The position numbers were made by a program, and so were the translations under genes. Below are positions 18,641-27,932 of a DNA stretch of 64,000 bases, piece by piece. Source of the stretch: Phycisphaerae bacterium (lineage in GTDB: Bacteria > Planctomycetota > Phycisphaerae > UBA1845); contig DAORAL010000012.1 in assembly GCA_035344155.1 (NCBI GenBank), forward strand, positions 19,470 through 83,469, in the 5' to 3' direction. The notes below the pieces were generated by a model. It was given only the letters and a program-made list of their open reading frames with translations, was not told the DNA's origin and did no database searches. Each line of letters opens with the position of its first letter. Position 1 is the stretch's first letter.

Positions 18641-20011
18641 TTGGATGGATTTCGTCTTATGACGCCAGTTGATCTTGGACAATACACGCCCAATCGCCCC
18701 GGCGGAACGCGATTTGCGACCGGCGGTGATTCGGCGCGCTTCGATGATCTGCTGGCGCAGGTGCAATCGCTGCAGTTCTCGGCGTTTGCGAATACGGGCA
18801 TGGTCCAGACGATGACACCGGATGAAACGGCTGATCCGACTGGCGGATCGACTGGCGGGAATGCACGCGAAGCGCGCATCAACCAGGAAACCCAGTCCGC
18901 GCGACAAGCCGAAGTGGCATCGCACGGCACGCGCGGCGCTGATCCCAGTTCGGTTCAAAATGGCGTGGTGAGCGAGCGACACGAACGCGTCCTCACCCAG
19001 GAAAAACTTGCCGCGGAAGGCAAGCCCTCGCCGGAAGCGAAGCTCGCCACCAATTCCGCAGAAGCACCTCGCACGTCAGAATTGCTCTCCGCCGCAGCCG
19101 CTGGCGAATCGAAACCGGTCAATGAGAAAAACGCGACTCAGGTAACAAGCCAGCCGGGTGCTTCGCATCAACCGGTTGCCTCCAGCGAAACCACGACGTC
19201 CAATCACCAACAGCAACCTGGCGCCGAGTCCGGAACCGATCGATCGAATTCAAACACCGCACCGTCAAAAGCCATATCCGTTCCAACCACCGGTGCAGCC
19301 GCCGCGGCTTCTGCCGATCAAGCAAGCGGTAAACAGGCGTCGCCCGCTCAACGGATCGGTGAGATCCTCGCGGGAAAAACGTCGGGCCAGGTGACGAGGA
19401 CTTCGGGAACGGAAGTGCAAACGCAAGTCGGGAAAGAACCCACGGCTAAGAATGCAACGCTGAATCAAAGTGCGAAGGTTCGTACAAATGGCCAGCCGCA
19501 AGGTCGCGCGACTGCGGAAGGTCCGGAGCAAACCAAGCGCAGCGAATTTGAGAATCTCATCAAGAGCATTCGCCTCAATCGCGGAACAAAGTCTTCGTCG
19601 GCGACGATCCGACTGAATCCGCCCGAACTCGGGAAGATGAAGATTCACGCCCAGATGAGTGATAGCGTGCTCCGCGTTCGTGTCGAGGCTTCGTCGTCGG
19701 AGGCGCGGCAACTGCTGAATGAACGGTCGAGTGAATTGCTCAATGCGCTTCGCGAACGCGGGATCGATGTGGATCGGTTTGAAGTGGTTCGACCCGAGTC
19801 CGATCGAACTGATTTCCAGCAGGGAAATGGGCAGGGGGCGAACGTCGCCGACCAATCGCTGGCCGCACAAAGCGACGGGCGACAGGCGGCTGACACGAAC
19901 ACAGGAAACGATCGCGACGTTCCGCAATCCTTTGCAGGACAGGAAGAGTCGCCGGTTCAAAACGAAATTGCACCGGTAGCGCACGATGCGCGACTGGATG
20001 TATTGGTCTAA
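18641..20011 (+). CDS. fliK: Flagellar hook-length control protein FliK
   Basis: The N-part is S/T/P/Q-rich and disordered. The C-terminal Flg_hook-like region reads IRLNPPELGKMKIHAQMSDSVLRVRVEASSSEARQLLNERSSELLNALRERGIDV. The start is TTG 18641 or ATG 18659. Confidence 0.75.
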   Translation: MDGFRLMTPVDLGQYTPNRPGGTRFATGGDSARFDDLLAQVQSLQFSAFANTGMVQTMTPDETADPTGGSTGGNAREARINQETQSARQAEVASHGTRGADPSSVQNGVVSERHERVLTQEKLAAEGKPSPEAKLATNSAEAPRTSELLSAAAAGESKPVNEKNATQVTSQPGASHQPVASSETTTSNHQQQPGAESGTDRSNSNTAPSKAISVPTTGAAAAASADQASGKQASPAQRIGEILAGKTSGQVTRTSGTEVQTQVGKEPTAKNATLNQSAKVRTNGQPQGRATAEGPEQTKRSEFENLIKSIRLNRGTKSSSATIRLNPPELGKMKIHAQMSDSVLRVRVEASSSEARQLLNERSSELLNALRERGIDVDRFEVVRPESDRTDFQQGNGQGANVADQSLAAQSDGRQAADTNTGNDRDVPQSFAGQEESPVQNEIAPVAHDARLDVLV

Positions 20012-20093
20012 AAAATTCAGGCGAGGTCAAACGCAGCCGGCGACGTGGTTTGTCGGATCAGCGGTTTTAAGAAACAAACGGGAAACGAGATTC

Positions 20094-20714
20094 ATGGAAA
20101 CGCAAACGGTTAACAGTGTCGCAGGTGCAAGTCCCATCAGCCAGACGTCGAGTGCGACATCGGCGTTGGGCGGTGATGATTTCTTTAAGCTGCTTATTGC
20201 GGAACTGACCAACCAGGACCCGCTCGAACCGACGAGCAATCAGGATTTGCTCAACCAGATTTCTTCGATCCGCGATATCGAGTTGTCGTCGAATCTCTCG
20301 TCATCGCTGAATTCTCTGACCGAGCAACAGCGCTTTGCATCGTCGGCTGGCTTGATCGGACGCTACGTCAACGGCAAGTCTGACGAAGAAGGCGCTCCAC
20401 CGGTCAGCGGTACGGTGACGGCCATCCGCTTTGACGCCGAGGGCAATGCGATTCTCGAACTTGAAGGCGGCGAGACGCTTCCGCTTGATCGCGTGTCGTC
20501 GGTGATGGATGCGGATCGGGCGGCTGACGCGCTGGTGGGTAAGTACGTGACCGGATTGAACCGCGACGATCCTGAAGATCCGCAGATTGTTGAAGGTGTG
20601 GTCACGGGCAAGACGACCGATTCTGAAGGACGCGTTGTGCTGGAACTCGACACGGGTGACGACCTTCTGCTGCGTGACGTTGTCGGAACGGAAGTCGTCA
20701 GTTCAGAGGCATAG
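20094..20714 (+). CDS. flgD: Flagellar hook capping/assembly protein FlgD
   Basis: DDFFKLLIAELTNQDPLEPTSNQDLLNQISSIRDIE. ATG 20094 is preferred over the track start 19986, which would overlap fliK. Confidence 0.88.
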   Translation: METQTVNSVAGASPISQTSSATSALGGDDFFKLLIAELTNQDPLEPTSNQDLLNQISSIRDIELSSNLSSSLNSLTEQQRFASSAGLIGRYVNGKSDEEGAPPVSGTVTAIRFDAEGNAILELEGGETLPLDRVSSVMDADRAADALVGKYVTGLNRDDPEDPQIVEGVVTGKTTDSEGRVVLELDTGDDLLLRDVVGTEVVSSEA

Positions 20715-20774
20715 TCAACGGTCGTATCACCGCGCCGCGTTGGGCGTCGTTTGCAGGATCAACAGGAGAGAGAG

Positions 20775-22460
20775 ATGGGATTGACTTCCGCGATGCTGGT
20801 TGGATTCACCGGCATCAAATCCAATCAATACACGATCGATACCGTCGGTGACAACGTCGCCAACGTGAACACCACCGCCTTCAAGAATCAACGGGCGCTG
20901 TTTGAAACGGTTCATTACAACACGATCGCAGACGGAACCGCGCCAAATGGTCCTACCCAGGGTGGAACGAATCCGCGCCAAACCGGATTGGGTTCACGAT
21001 TGGCCGCATTGGATCGCAACTTCGAACCAGGATCGATCGAAGGCACCGGGTCGAAGTCAGACGTCGCGATCGACGGCGATGGATTTCTCATTGTCGAGAC
21101 GCCGGACAACACGCAGCTCTATACGCGTGACGGTTCGTTTCGACTCGACGCCGAGAACAAACTCGTTGCCTCCAACGGCTATGTCGTTCAAGGTTTCGCA
21201 GCCGACTCCAACGGCGAGATCATCACTGGTGCGCTTTCGGAACTAACGATTCCGCTGGGTACGGAGAGTGCAGCCGTCGCCACGACAGTCGCGGAATTCG
21301 ATGGCAATCTTGATGCCGGTGCATCGCTGTCGACCCGTGGGGCTGAATCTCGAACCGAACCGTTGCTGACTGCCAGCGGGGTAGCCAGCGCATCAACGGC
21401 GCTGACGTCGCTGGTCGACGATGACGGTGTGGCGCTCTTCACCGACGGTGACGTGATTCAAATTCGCAACATTCAAAAGGGCGGAATCGACCTTGCGGAT
21501 GGAACGTTTGTTGTTGGGACCGACGGATCGTCGCTGGGTGACTTTGCGACGTTCCTGCAAAACCAGATGGCGATCGATACATCGCTGACGACGGCTGACG
21601 GTCAGACGCCGGGCGTGACGGTGGACGATACCGGCGCGTTGGTCGTCGTATCCAATGCCGGCGAACCGAATGCAATCAGTATCGATGCATCTGACATCCG
21701 CAATGAAACTTCGGGCCGACTGCCGTTTGCATTTTCGACGACACCGGCGACGGGCGAAGGCGTTTCGACGGCGATGGTTGTGTTCGACTCGCTGGGTAAT
21801 CCGGTTGAAGTGCGCTTGCGTGCGTCGATGGAGTCGCGTAACGAGTCGGGAACCGTGTGGCGGTTTTTCGCTGAAAGCACGAATGATTCAGATCCCACGC
21901 CGCTGCTTGGCACCGGGACGCTGACCTTCGATCAAGACGGGCAGTTGGTGGCGAGTTCGGGCACGGACTTGACCATCGATCAGACGCAGGCCGGCTCTGC
22001 GACACCGCTGAGTTTTTCGATCGACATGAACAACGTCACCGGTTTGAATTTCGGCAACAACGCTTCGTCGCTGGTACTGGCCACCCAGGACGGATCGCCG
22101 GGCGGAACGCTGATCGACTATGAAATCAACAACCAGGGAATCCTGGTCGGAACGTTCAGCAACGGTCGCACGCAGCAGTACGGTCAGTTGGCAGTCGCGA
22201 CGTTTCGCAACAATGCCGGTTTGACTGCCCTCAATCAAAACAATTATGCGGTGGGTATCAACTCCGGTGACGCGCAGATTTCTGCGCCGCAGGTGCAGGG
22301 GGCTGGTGCGATCGTGTCGAATTCGTTGGAGCTCAGCAACGTCGATCTGTCGCGTGAATTCGTAAACCTGATCACCGCATCGACGGGGTTCTCTGCCGCA
22401 AGTCGGGTTGTGCGAAGCGCCGACGACATGTTGCAGGAGCTGTTGTTGTTGGCCCGATAA
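20775..22460 (+). CDS. flgE: Flagellar hook protein FlgE
   Basis: N-terminus FTGIKSNQYTIDTVGDNVANVNTTAFK and C-terminus SNSLELSNVDLSREFVNLITASTGFSAASRVV. It follows flgD, with an AGGAGAGAGAG RBS before ATG 20775. Confidence 0.88.
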   Translation: MGLTSAMLVGFTGIKSNQYTIDTVGDNVANVNTTAFKNQRALFETVHYNTIADGTAPNGPTQGGTNPRQTGLGSRLAALDRNFEPGSIEGTGSKSDVAIDGDGFLIVETPDNTQLYTRDGSFRLDAENKLVASNGYVVQGFAADSNGEIITGALSELTIPLGTESAAVATTVAEFDGNLDAGASLSTRGAESRTEPLLTASGVASASTALTSLVDDDGVALFTDGDVIQIRNIQKGGIDLADGTFVVGTDGSSLGDFATFLQNQMAIDTSLTTADGQTPGVTVDDTGALVVVSNAGEPNAISIDASDIRNETSGRLPFAFSTTPATGEGVSTAMVVFDSLGNPVEVRLRASMESRNESGTVWRFFAESTNDSDPTPLLGTGTLTFDQDGQLVASSGTDLTIDQTQAGSATPLSFSIDMNNVTGLNFGNNASSLVLATQDGSPGGTLIDYEINNQGILVGTFSNGRTQQYGQLAVATFRNNAGLTALNQNNYAVGINSGDAQISAPQVQGAGAIVSNSLELSNVDLSREFVNLITASTGFSAASRVVRSADDMLQELLLLAR

Positions 22461-22497
22461 TGGGGCGTGATGATGCAAGTCGAAAGGTTGTGAACCC

Positions 22498-22692
22498 GTG
22501 ATCGTCGTGACCAAACTCAATGGCAAACCCGTGGTCGTCAACGCCGAGTTGATCAAGTTGATCGAGTCGACGCCAGACACGCTGATCACGCTGACGTCAG
22601 GCGATCACTTCATGGTGAAGGAAGAAGTTGAGGAAGTCGTCGAACGTGCGGTCGAGTATGCCCGCCGTATTCGCAGCTTTCAAGTCGTTTAA
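22498..22692 (+). CDS. flbD: Flagellar protein FlbD
   Basis: 64 aa, MIVVTKLNGKPVVVNAELIKLIESTPDTLITLTSGDHFMVKE, a typical FlbD/SwrD sequence. It lies between flgE and motA as in spirochaetes. Confidence 0.85.
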   Translation: MIVVTKLNGKPVVVNAELIKLIESTPDTLITLTSGDHFMVKEEVEEVVERAVEYARRIRSFQVV

Positions 22693-22790
22693 TCGGACGT
22701 TGGTCGTGAGCTAACCTTCGAGGAAATGGCAGTCGATAGCAACAGTGATGTGCGCCGCCGCGGATTCGGTCGGCACTTTGGATAGGTCTT

Positions 22791-23570
22791 ATGGATATCG
22801 CCACAATTATTGGTCTGATTGCAGGCAGCGGCTTGGTCCTTTGGGGCATGTTGTCGGGTGCTTCGCTGGAGATGTTTGTCGACTATCCGTCGGTCGCCAT
22901 TGTGCTCGGTGGTGCGAGCGCGACGGCGCTGATCAGCTTTCCGCTCAAGGATGTGTTCAAGATCGCCAAGGTCGTCAAGCACACGATTCTGTTCAAGACG
23001 CGCGACAAGTCAGAGCTGATCAAGGAACTGGTCCATTACGCCGAAGTCGCCCGTCGCGATGGAATCCTCTCCCTTGAAAACTCCGTCCGCGAGATGGATG
23101 ACGAGTTCCTCGTGTCCGGCATTCAGATGGCTGTCGACGGCACCGATCCGGAACTTATCGAAGCCGTTCTCGAAAGCGAAGTCGATGCCATCGAGGAACG
23201 ACACGCACAGGGCAAGGCCATCTTTGACAACATCGGTCGATTCGCTCCGGCATTTGGCATGATCGGAACGCTCATCGGTCTGGTGAAGATGTTGGCGAAC
23301 ATGGACGACCCGAGCAAGATTGGTGCAGGTATGGCCGTCGCACTCCTCACGACGATGTACGGCGCACTGGTTGCCAACTTGATCGCGCTGCCCATCGGCG
23401 AAAAGCTCGGTCGTCGCAGCGCCGAGGAACTCATGATCAAGAGCATCATCGTTCGCGGCGTGATGGCCATCCAATCGGGTGACAATCCGCGGGTTGTCGA
23501 ACAGAAGCTTCTAACGTTCCTGCCGGTTTCGCAACGGGTGACGGCGGACGATGCGGCTGAAGCGGCATAA
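22791..23570 (+). CDS. motA: Flagellar stator protein MotA
   Basis: 259 aa with four TM segments. It has the MotA/TolQ/ExbB-type C-terminal helices FGMIGTLIGLVKMLANM and VALLTTMYGALVANLIALP. Confidence 0.88.
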   Translation: MDIATIIGLIAGSGLVLWGMLSGASLEMFVDYPSVAIVLGGASATALISFPLKDVFKIAKVVKHTILFKTRDKSELIKELVHYAEVARRDGILSLENSVREMDDEFLVSGIQMAVDGTDPELIEAVLESEVDAIEERHAQGKAIFDNIGRFAPAFGMIGTLIGLVKMLANMDDPSKIGAGMAVALLTTMYGALVANLIALPIGEKLGRRSAEELMIKSIIVRGVMAIQSGDNPRVVEQKLLTFLPVSQRVTADDAAEAA

Positions 23571-23585
23571 GGCGGGTGACAGTTC

Positions 23586-24335
23586 ATGGCACGCAAGAAA
23601 AAACAAGCTGAACCCGAAGCCGGCGCACCAGAGTGGATGGTGACGTTTGGCGACATGATGTCGCTGCTGCTGTGCTTTTTCGTCATCATCGTGTCGATGA
23701 GCGAAATCAAGAAGGACGAGAAGTTTCAGCAGGTCATGCAGTCATTGCGGAAGGCATTCGGAAACTCGGGCGAGATTCACGCGGTGATGACCGAACCGCT
23801 GGATCCGAATTCGCTCCTGCAGAAGTTGCAGGAGATCGTGATTCCGCCCAAACCGGCCCACGGTGATGCCGACGATCCGGGGATTCAGGGGCGGGTGTTT
23901 CGAGTCACTGACGTGCGTGAAGGCATTCATGTTGAAATCGGTGGGCGAATCACGTTCGATCGATTCAGCGATGTGCTGAAACCGGAAGCTGAGCGGCTGA
24001 TTGAGCAGGTGGCTGCAAAGACAGTGGGGCACAACACGATTATCAAGATCACCGGGCATACGACGCGCGAACCATTGCCGAAGGACTCTGCGTGGAGCGA
24101 TCAATGGGCATTGAGTTATGCCCGCGCCGATGCGGTGAAACGTGTGCTGGTGCGCAATGGCATTCGACCCGCCCGCATTCGCCTGGTGGCAGCAGGTGCA
24201 GAAGCCCCGGTGCTTCGGCAGGCGTACGAAGAGCGCGAGATTGCCTTGAATCGGCGCGTTGAAATCGTGGTGACGGAAGCCACGATCGACGACTACAACG
24301 AGACGAGCAAGCAGGAAAACATTCAGGAGAGGTGA
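23586..24335 (+). CDS. motB: Flagellar stator protein MotB (OmpA-like C-domain)
   Basis: N-terminus PEWMVTFGDMMSLLLCFFVIIV with the conserved Asp before the TM. The C-terminal OmpA-like region reads WALSYARADAVKRVLVRNGIRPARIRLVAAGAEAP. Confidence 0.88.
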   Translation: MARKKKQAEPEAGAPEWMVTFGDMMSLLLCFFVIIVSMSEIKKDEKFQQVMQSLRKAFGNSGEIHAVMTEPLDPNSLLQKLQEIVIPPKPAHGDADDPGIQGRVFRVTDVREGIHVEIGGRITFDRFSDVLKPEAERLIEQVAAKTVGHNTIIKITGHTTREPLPKDSAWSDQWALSYARADAVKRVLVRNGIRPARIRLVAAGAEAPVLRQAYEEREIALNRRVEIVVTEATIDDYNETSKQENIQER

Positions 24336-24338
24336 CCA

Positions 24339-24869
24339 ATGGCCGACCAGTCCGACAACACTGAATTATCAGTGGCGCCAGCGAGTGGCGGGAAAAGCAA
24401 GCTCAAGGTCATGTTGCTCATTTTTGGGCTGCTGGGTCTTGAAGGTGGCGGTATCTTTTTCGCGACCAAGATGATGTACAACAAGCCCGAGGCGACCATG
24501 GCCAAAGAGGTCTCCGACGAGGATAAGACGATCCAGTCCCTCAAGGATCACGTCGAAATTGCGATACCGGAACTGAACGCCTACAACAAGCGGGATGGGC
24601 GACTTTTCCTGTACAACGTGCAGGTCACGATCCGTGTTCAATCTGATAAAAAAGAGCAGGTTGAAGAGATCATCAGCATGCGGGAATCGACCATAAAGGA
24701 CCGTTTCAATACTGTTATCCGCAGTGCGGACTCCAAATACCTCAACGAACCCGAGCTGAAGACCATCCGCCGGCAGCTTCAGCACGAGCTCGAGAATGTT
24801 ATGGGGGACGATCAATTGATTGAAGAATTGCTGATTCCCAAATTCTTTCAGTCGCCAGCAAACGTTTAA
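24339..24869 (+). CDS. fliL: Flagellar basal body-associated protein FliL
   Basis: Single N-terminal TM (VMLLIFGLLGLEGGGIFFA) followed by a FliL-like periplasmic region (LFLYNVQVTIRVQSDKKEQVEEIISMRESTIKDRFNTVIRS...IEELLIPKFFQ). It follows motB by 3 nt. Confidence 0.7.
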   Translation: MADQSDNTELSVAPASGGKSKLKVMLLIFGLLGLEGGGIFFATKMMYNKPEATMAKEVSDEDKTIQSLKDHVEIAIPELNAYNKRDGRLFLYNVQVTIRVQSDKKEQVEEIISMRESTIKDRFNTVIRSADSKYLNEPELKTIRRQLQHELENVMGDDQLIEELLIPKFFQSPANV

Positions 24870-24977
24870 TTACGGTTGCCCCACCTGCAGTACCGATAAT
24901 ACACGTGCGCCAGACGGAGCGATTGCGAATGCCGCAATTGCCCAGCACGTTATTGTCTTTATACGAGCCATTCACCA

Positions 24978-25673
24978 ATGGATCAGAACGAAATCGATGC
25001 GCTGATGGGTGACGACTCGGGCGACGATTCTCCGAACGAAAACGATTCGGGTGAATTGTCGCAAGCCGATATCGATGCCGCGATGGGCGGAGCCTCCAAT
25101 CAACCAGTTGCATCCGATGATTCGTCGGACGCAGGCGACGACGTCGGTTTCAGCCAGGCCGATATCGATGCGCTGATGGGTGGTAAACCTTCAACAAGCG
25201 CCCCCAAAGAAAACGTACCGGCTGCCGCAGAGGCGCCCGCGCTCGACTCGGAAGGGCGACCGCTGGACGAAATGGGCGCAGCAATGGCGGCTGCGATCGC
25301 TGAAGAAAAAGCAGCAGCAGAAGCCGCAGCGGCTGCCAATCCAAAACCCGCCGATCTTCCCCTGGAAGAAATCGAACTGCCATCATTCGATCAGGAAGAA
25401 GTCTATACCGAATACACGCAGCCGCTCAGCTTGCTGCATGACGTTCAACTCCACGTCAAAATTGAACTCGGTCGAACCCGCATGTTTGTGGAAGACGTGT
25501 TGCGTCTCAGTGAAGGCAGCGTTGTCGAATTGGACAGACTTGCAGGTGACCCTGTGGACGTCTTTGTCAACGACCGATTGATCGCCCGGGGGGAAGTCCT
25601 GGTGCTCAACGACAATTTCTGCATTCGCGTCAGCGAGATTGTTTCAAATTCAGAAGACCGTGCAGCCGGCTAG
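24978..25673 (+). CDS. fliN: Flagellar motor switch protein FliN with an N-terminal triple EIDAL-type motif region
   Basis: C-terminal SpoA/FliN domain [71 protein letters not shown]. The N-terminus carries [20 protein letters not shown] and [12 protein letters not shown], separated by acidic linkers. Confidence 0.88.
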   Translation: MDQNEIDALMGDDSGDDSPNENDSGELSQADIDAAMGGASNQPVASDDSSDAGDDVGFSQADIDALMGGKPSTSAPKENVPAAAEAPALDSEGRPLDEMGAAMAAAIAEEKAAAEAAAAANPKPADLPLEEIELPSFDQEEVYTEYTQPLSLLHDVQLHVKIELGRTRMFVEDVLRLSEGSVVELDRLAGDPVDVFVNDRLIARGEVLVLNDNFCIRVSEIVSNSEDRAAG

Positions 25674-25717
25674 CCCGGAATCTGCGATCAACACTCAAGT
25701 CAAAAGCGAGGTGTCGA

Positions 25718-26728
25718 ATGGAGTCGACCAAACGTTTCGCAATCACTTTCGTCGCGACAGTGACCGTGCTCACGTTACCTGCATTGGCTGACAATCAATC
25801 ACGGGCCAATACGCCCGTCGAATTGTCCGAGCACGTACAGGCGGCTGCAACACTTGATGAGCAACAGTTTGTCGATGCCGACTCGGGTGAAATCCGATAC
25901 GCCATCAAGCAAGCCGACGAAGGTCAGGTCGAAGCGGACATCGATGCGACGATTGAGACTGCGCCTTCTCAATTGGAATATGAAGGAGCGGACGAAGCGG
26001 TCGAGAATACTGTGCTTTCGGGCATGGGTGAGGACGCAGTGATCCCACGGCGCGTGTCGCATCAATCGTCAGAAGAAATCGTCCGCGCCGGACAGGCGTC
26101 GGTTCCTTGGTATCGCAGTCCGTTCATTGCACTGGTGGTTGTGCTCGGTGTTATCGCCGCAGTGGCGACCGGTGTTCGACGTTGGGTGCCCGCTGCACGT
26201 TCGGTGTCTTCTGATCAACTGCGCGTGGTGGGGCGGACGGCGATTTCGTCAAAACAGTCAGCCGTCCTGCTACACGTTGGCAAGCGCGTCGTACTTTTGG
26301 GCGTGACGTCCGACCGGGTCAATACGCTGGCCGAGATCACGGACGAATCAGAGGTCGCGCAATTGGTCGGGCAAGCCAAGTCGGCGGAATCGAAGGCAAG
26401 TGGTTTCGACACTAGCGGTATCGATTCAATCGGCATTAAGTCGAGTGAATTCGACGCAGCGTTGGCCCGTGAATTCGAGCAGTACGAAGAGTCCGAAGCC
26501 AACACCCAAACGCCCCAAGCCGACAGCCAGCCGACGGAAGTCGCCACCCATCCAGAGGTCGAAGTGGCGCTGCCCCAAGACGTTGTGGAGGTATCCGAAA
26601 CGCCAGAACCCATCGAAGCGCCCGTTGCATCTGAACCCGTGACGGCGGAGGCCAAGAAGTCCAACGGTCAGCCCCCCAAGCATCTGAATGATCTGCTGGC
26701 GAGGCTCCGGTCGTTTCAAAAGTCGTAA
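25718..26728 (+). CDS. fliO: FliO-like flagellar export-gate protein with long acidic N- and C-terminal extensions
   Basis: It sits directly before fliP. A TM helix (FIALVVVLGVIAAVATGV) is followed by DQLRVVGRTAISSKQSAVLLHVGKRVVLLGVTSDRVNTLAEI, which matches the FliO core pattern. At 336 aa it is much longer than usual. Confidence 0.55.
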   Translation: MESTKRFAITFVATVTVLTLPALADNQSRANTPVELSEHVQAAATLDEQQFVDADSGEIRYAIKQADEGQVEADIDATIETAPSQLEYEGADEAVENTVLSGMGEDAVIPRRVSHQSSEEIVRAGQASVPWYRSPFIALVVVLGVIAAVATGVRRWVPAARSVSSDQLRVVGRTAISSKQSAVLLHVGKRVVLLGVTSDRVNTLAEITDESEVAQLVGQAKSAESKASGFDTSGIDSIGIKSSEFDAALAREFEQYEESEANTQTPQADSQPTEVATHPEVEVALPQDVVEVSETPEPIEAPVASEPVTAEAKKSNGQPPKHLNDLLARLRSFQKS

Positions 26729-26787
26729 TCCGCGCTGCATTCACGGCAGCGTGAATACACAATCGATTTGGCGCTAAGGAGTGGCGC

Positions 26788-27615
26788 ATGTTTTTCGAGC
26801 ATGGATGCTCAAATCGCAGACGTTGGTTGATGTTCGCCCTGATCACGCTGGTCGTGGTCAGCGCGACCTCGTCTGTTTCTGCGCAGACGTCGACCGGTAT
26901 CGACAATCCGGCAGGTATTCCAGACCTGCGCGGCGTGTTACCGACGGCTGACAGCGCCAAGGGCGTCACCTCCACGCTCCAAATCCTCGTATTGATGACG
27001 GTGCTGACGTTGGTGCCGGCATTGCTCGTTTTGATGACGAGCTTCACCCGCATCATCGTCGTGCTAGCGCTGCTTCGACAAGCGTTGGCCACCCCGCAAT
27101 TGCCTCCGAGCCAGGTGCTACTGGGGCTTTCGATGTTTATCACCATCGCGGTCATGGCTCCAACGTTCGACAAGGTCTACTCCGATGCCGTGACGCCATA
27201 CCTGAACAAGGAGCTTTCGCAGCGTGAGGCCCTCGACATCGGCATGGGACACATGCGCGATTTCATGTATCGCCAGATCGAAGCGTCAGAAAACCACGAA
27301 GACATCTATCTGTTTGAAGAGTACCGGCGGGGCGCACCGATTCCCGAGGATCAGAGTCTGCGGTTGGCCGACGTCAAGACAACGTCGCTGATTCCCGCAT
27401 TTATCCTGAGCGAATTGAAGACCGCGTTTGTCATGGGATTTCGGATCTACCTTCCGTTCCTGGTGATCGACATGGTCATCGCGTCGATTCTGATTTCGAT
27501 GGGCATGATGATGCTGCCGCCCGTGTTGATTTCATTGCCGTTCAAATTGTTGCTCTTTGTCCTGGCAGACGGTTGGCACCTGATTGTGCAATCGCTTCTG
27601 TATAGCTTCATGTAA
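26788..27615 (+). CDS. fliP: Flagellar T3SS export-gate protein FliP
   Basis: Signal peptide, then LRQALATPQLPPSQVLLGLSMFITIAVMAP and FVMGFRIYLPFLVIDMVIASILISMGMMMLPP. Confidence 0.93.
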   Translation: MFFEHGCSNRRRWLMFALITLVVVSATSSVSAQTSTGIDNPAGIPDLRGVLPTADSAKGVTSTLQILVLMTVLTLVPALLVLMTSFTRIIVVLALLRQALATPQLPPSQVLLGLSMFITIAVMAPTFDKVYSDAVTPYLNKELSQREALDIGMGHMRDFMYRQIEASENHEDIYLFEEYRRGAPIPEDQSLRLADVKTTSLIPAFILSELKTAFVMGFRIYLPFLVIDMVIASILISMGMMMLPPVLISLPFKLLLFVLADGWHLIVQSLLYSFM

Positions 27616-27650
27616 CCAGAGACTTTCCGCCTGTTGGGTCGGGCGGTGAA

Positions 27651-27926
27651 ATGAAAGCAGGCGATATGGAATTCACCGAAGCACTCGATATGGGTCGTGA
27701 CGCCTTCATGATGGCGTTGATGACGGCTGCCCCCATTCTGCTGATCGGGTTGGTGGTCGGTCTGATTATTTCACTGTTTCAGGCGGTCACGCAGTTGCAG
27801 GAGCAGACGCTGACGTTTGTTCCAAAGATCGCGGCGATGATTATTGCGGCGATGTTCTTTATTCCCTGGATCGCGACGCGAATGCTCGACTACACGCAAT
27901 CGCTTTTTCACTTTAATCAATGGTAA
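27651..27926 (+). CDS. fliQ: Flagellar T3SS export-gate protein FliQ
   Basis: APILLIGLVVGLIISLFQAVTQLQEQTLTFVPKI. The start is ATG 27651 or ATG 27666. Confidence 0.9.
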   Translation: MKAGDMEFTEALDMGRDAFMMALMTAAPILLIGLVVGLIISLFQAVTQLQEQTLTFVPKIAAMIIAAMFFIPWIATRMLDYTQSLFHFNQW

Positions 27927-27932
27927 AGCAGC

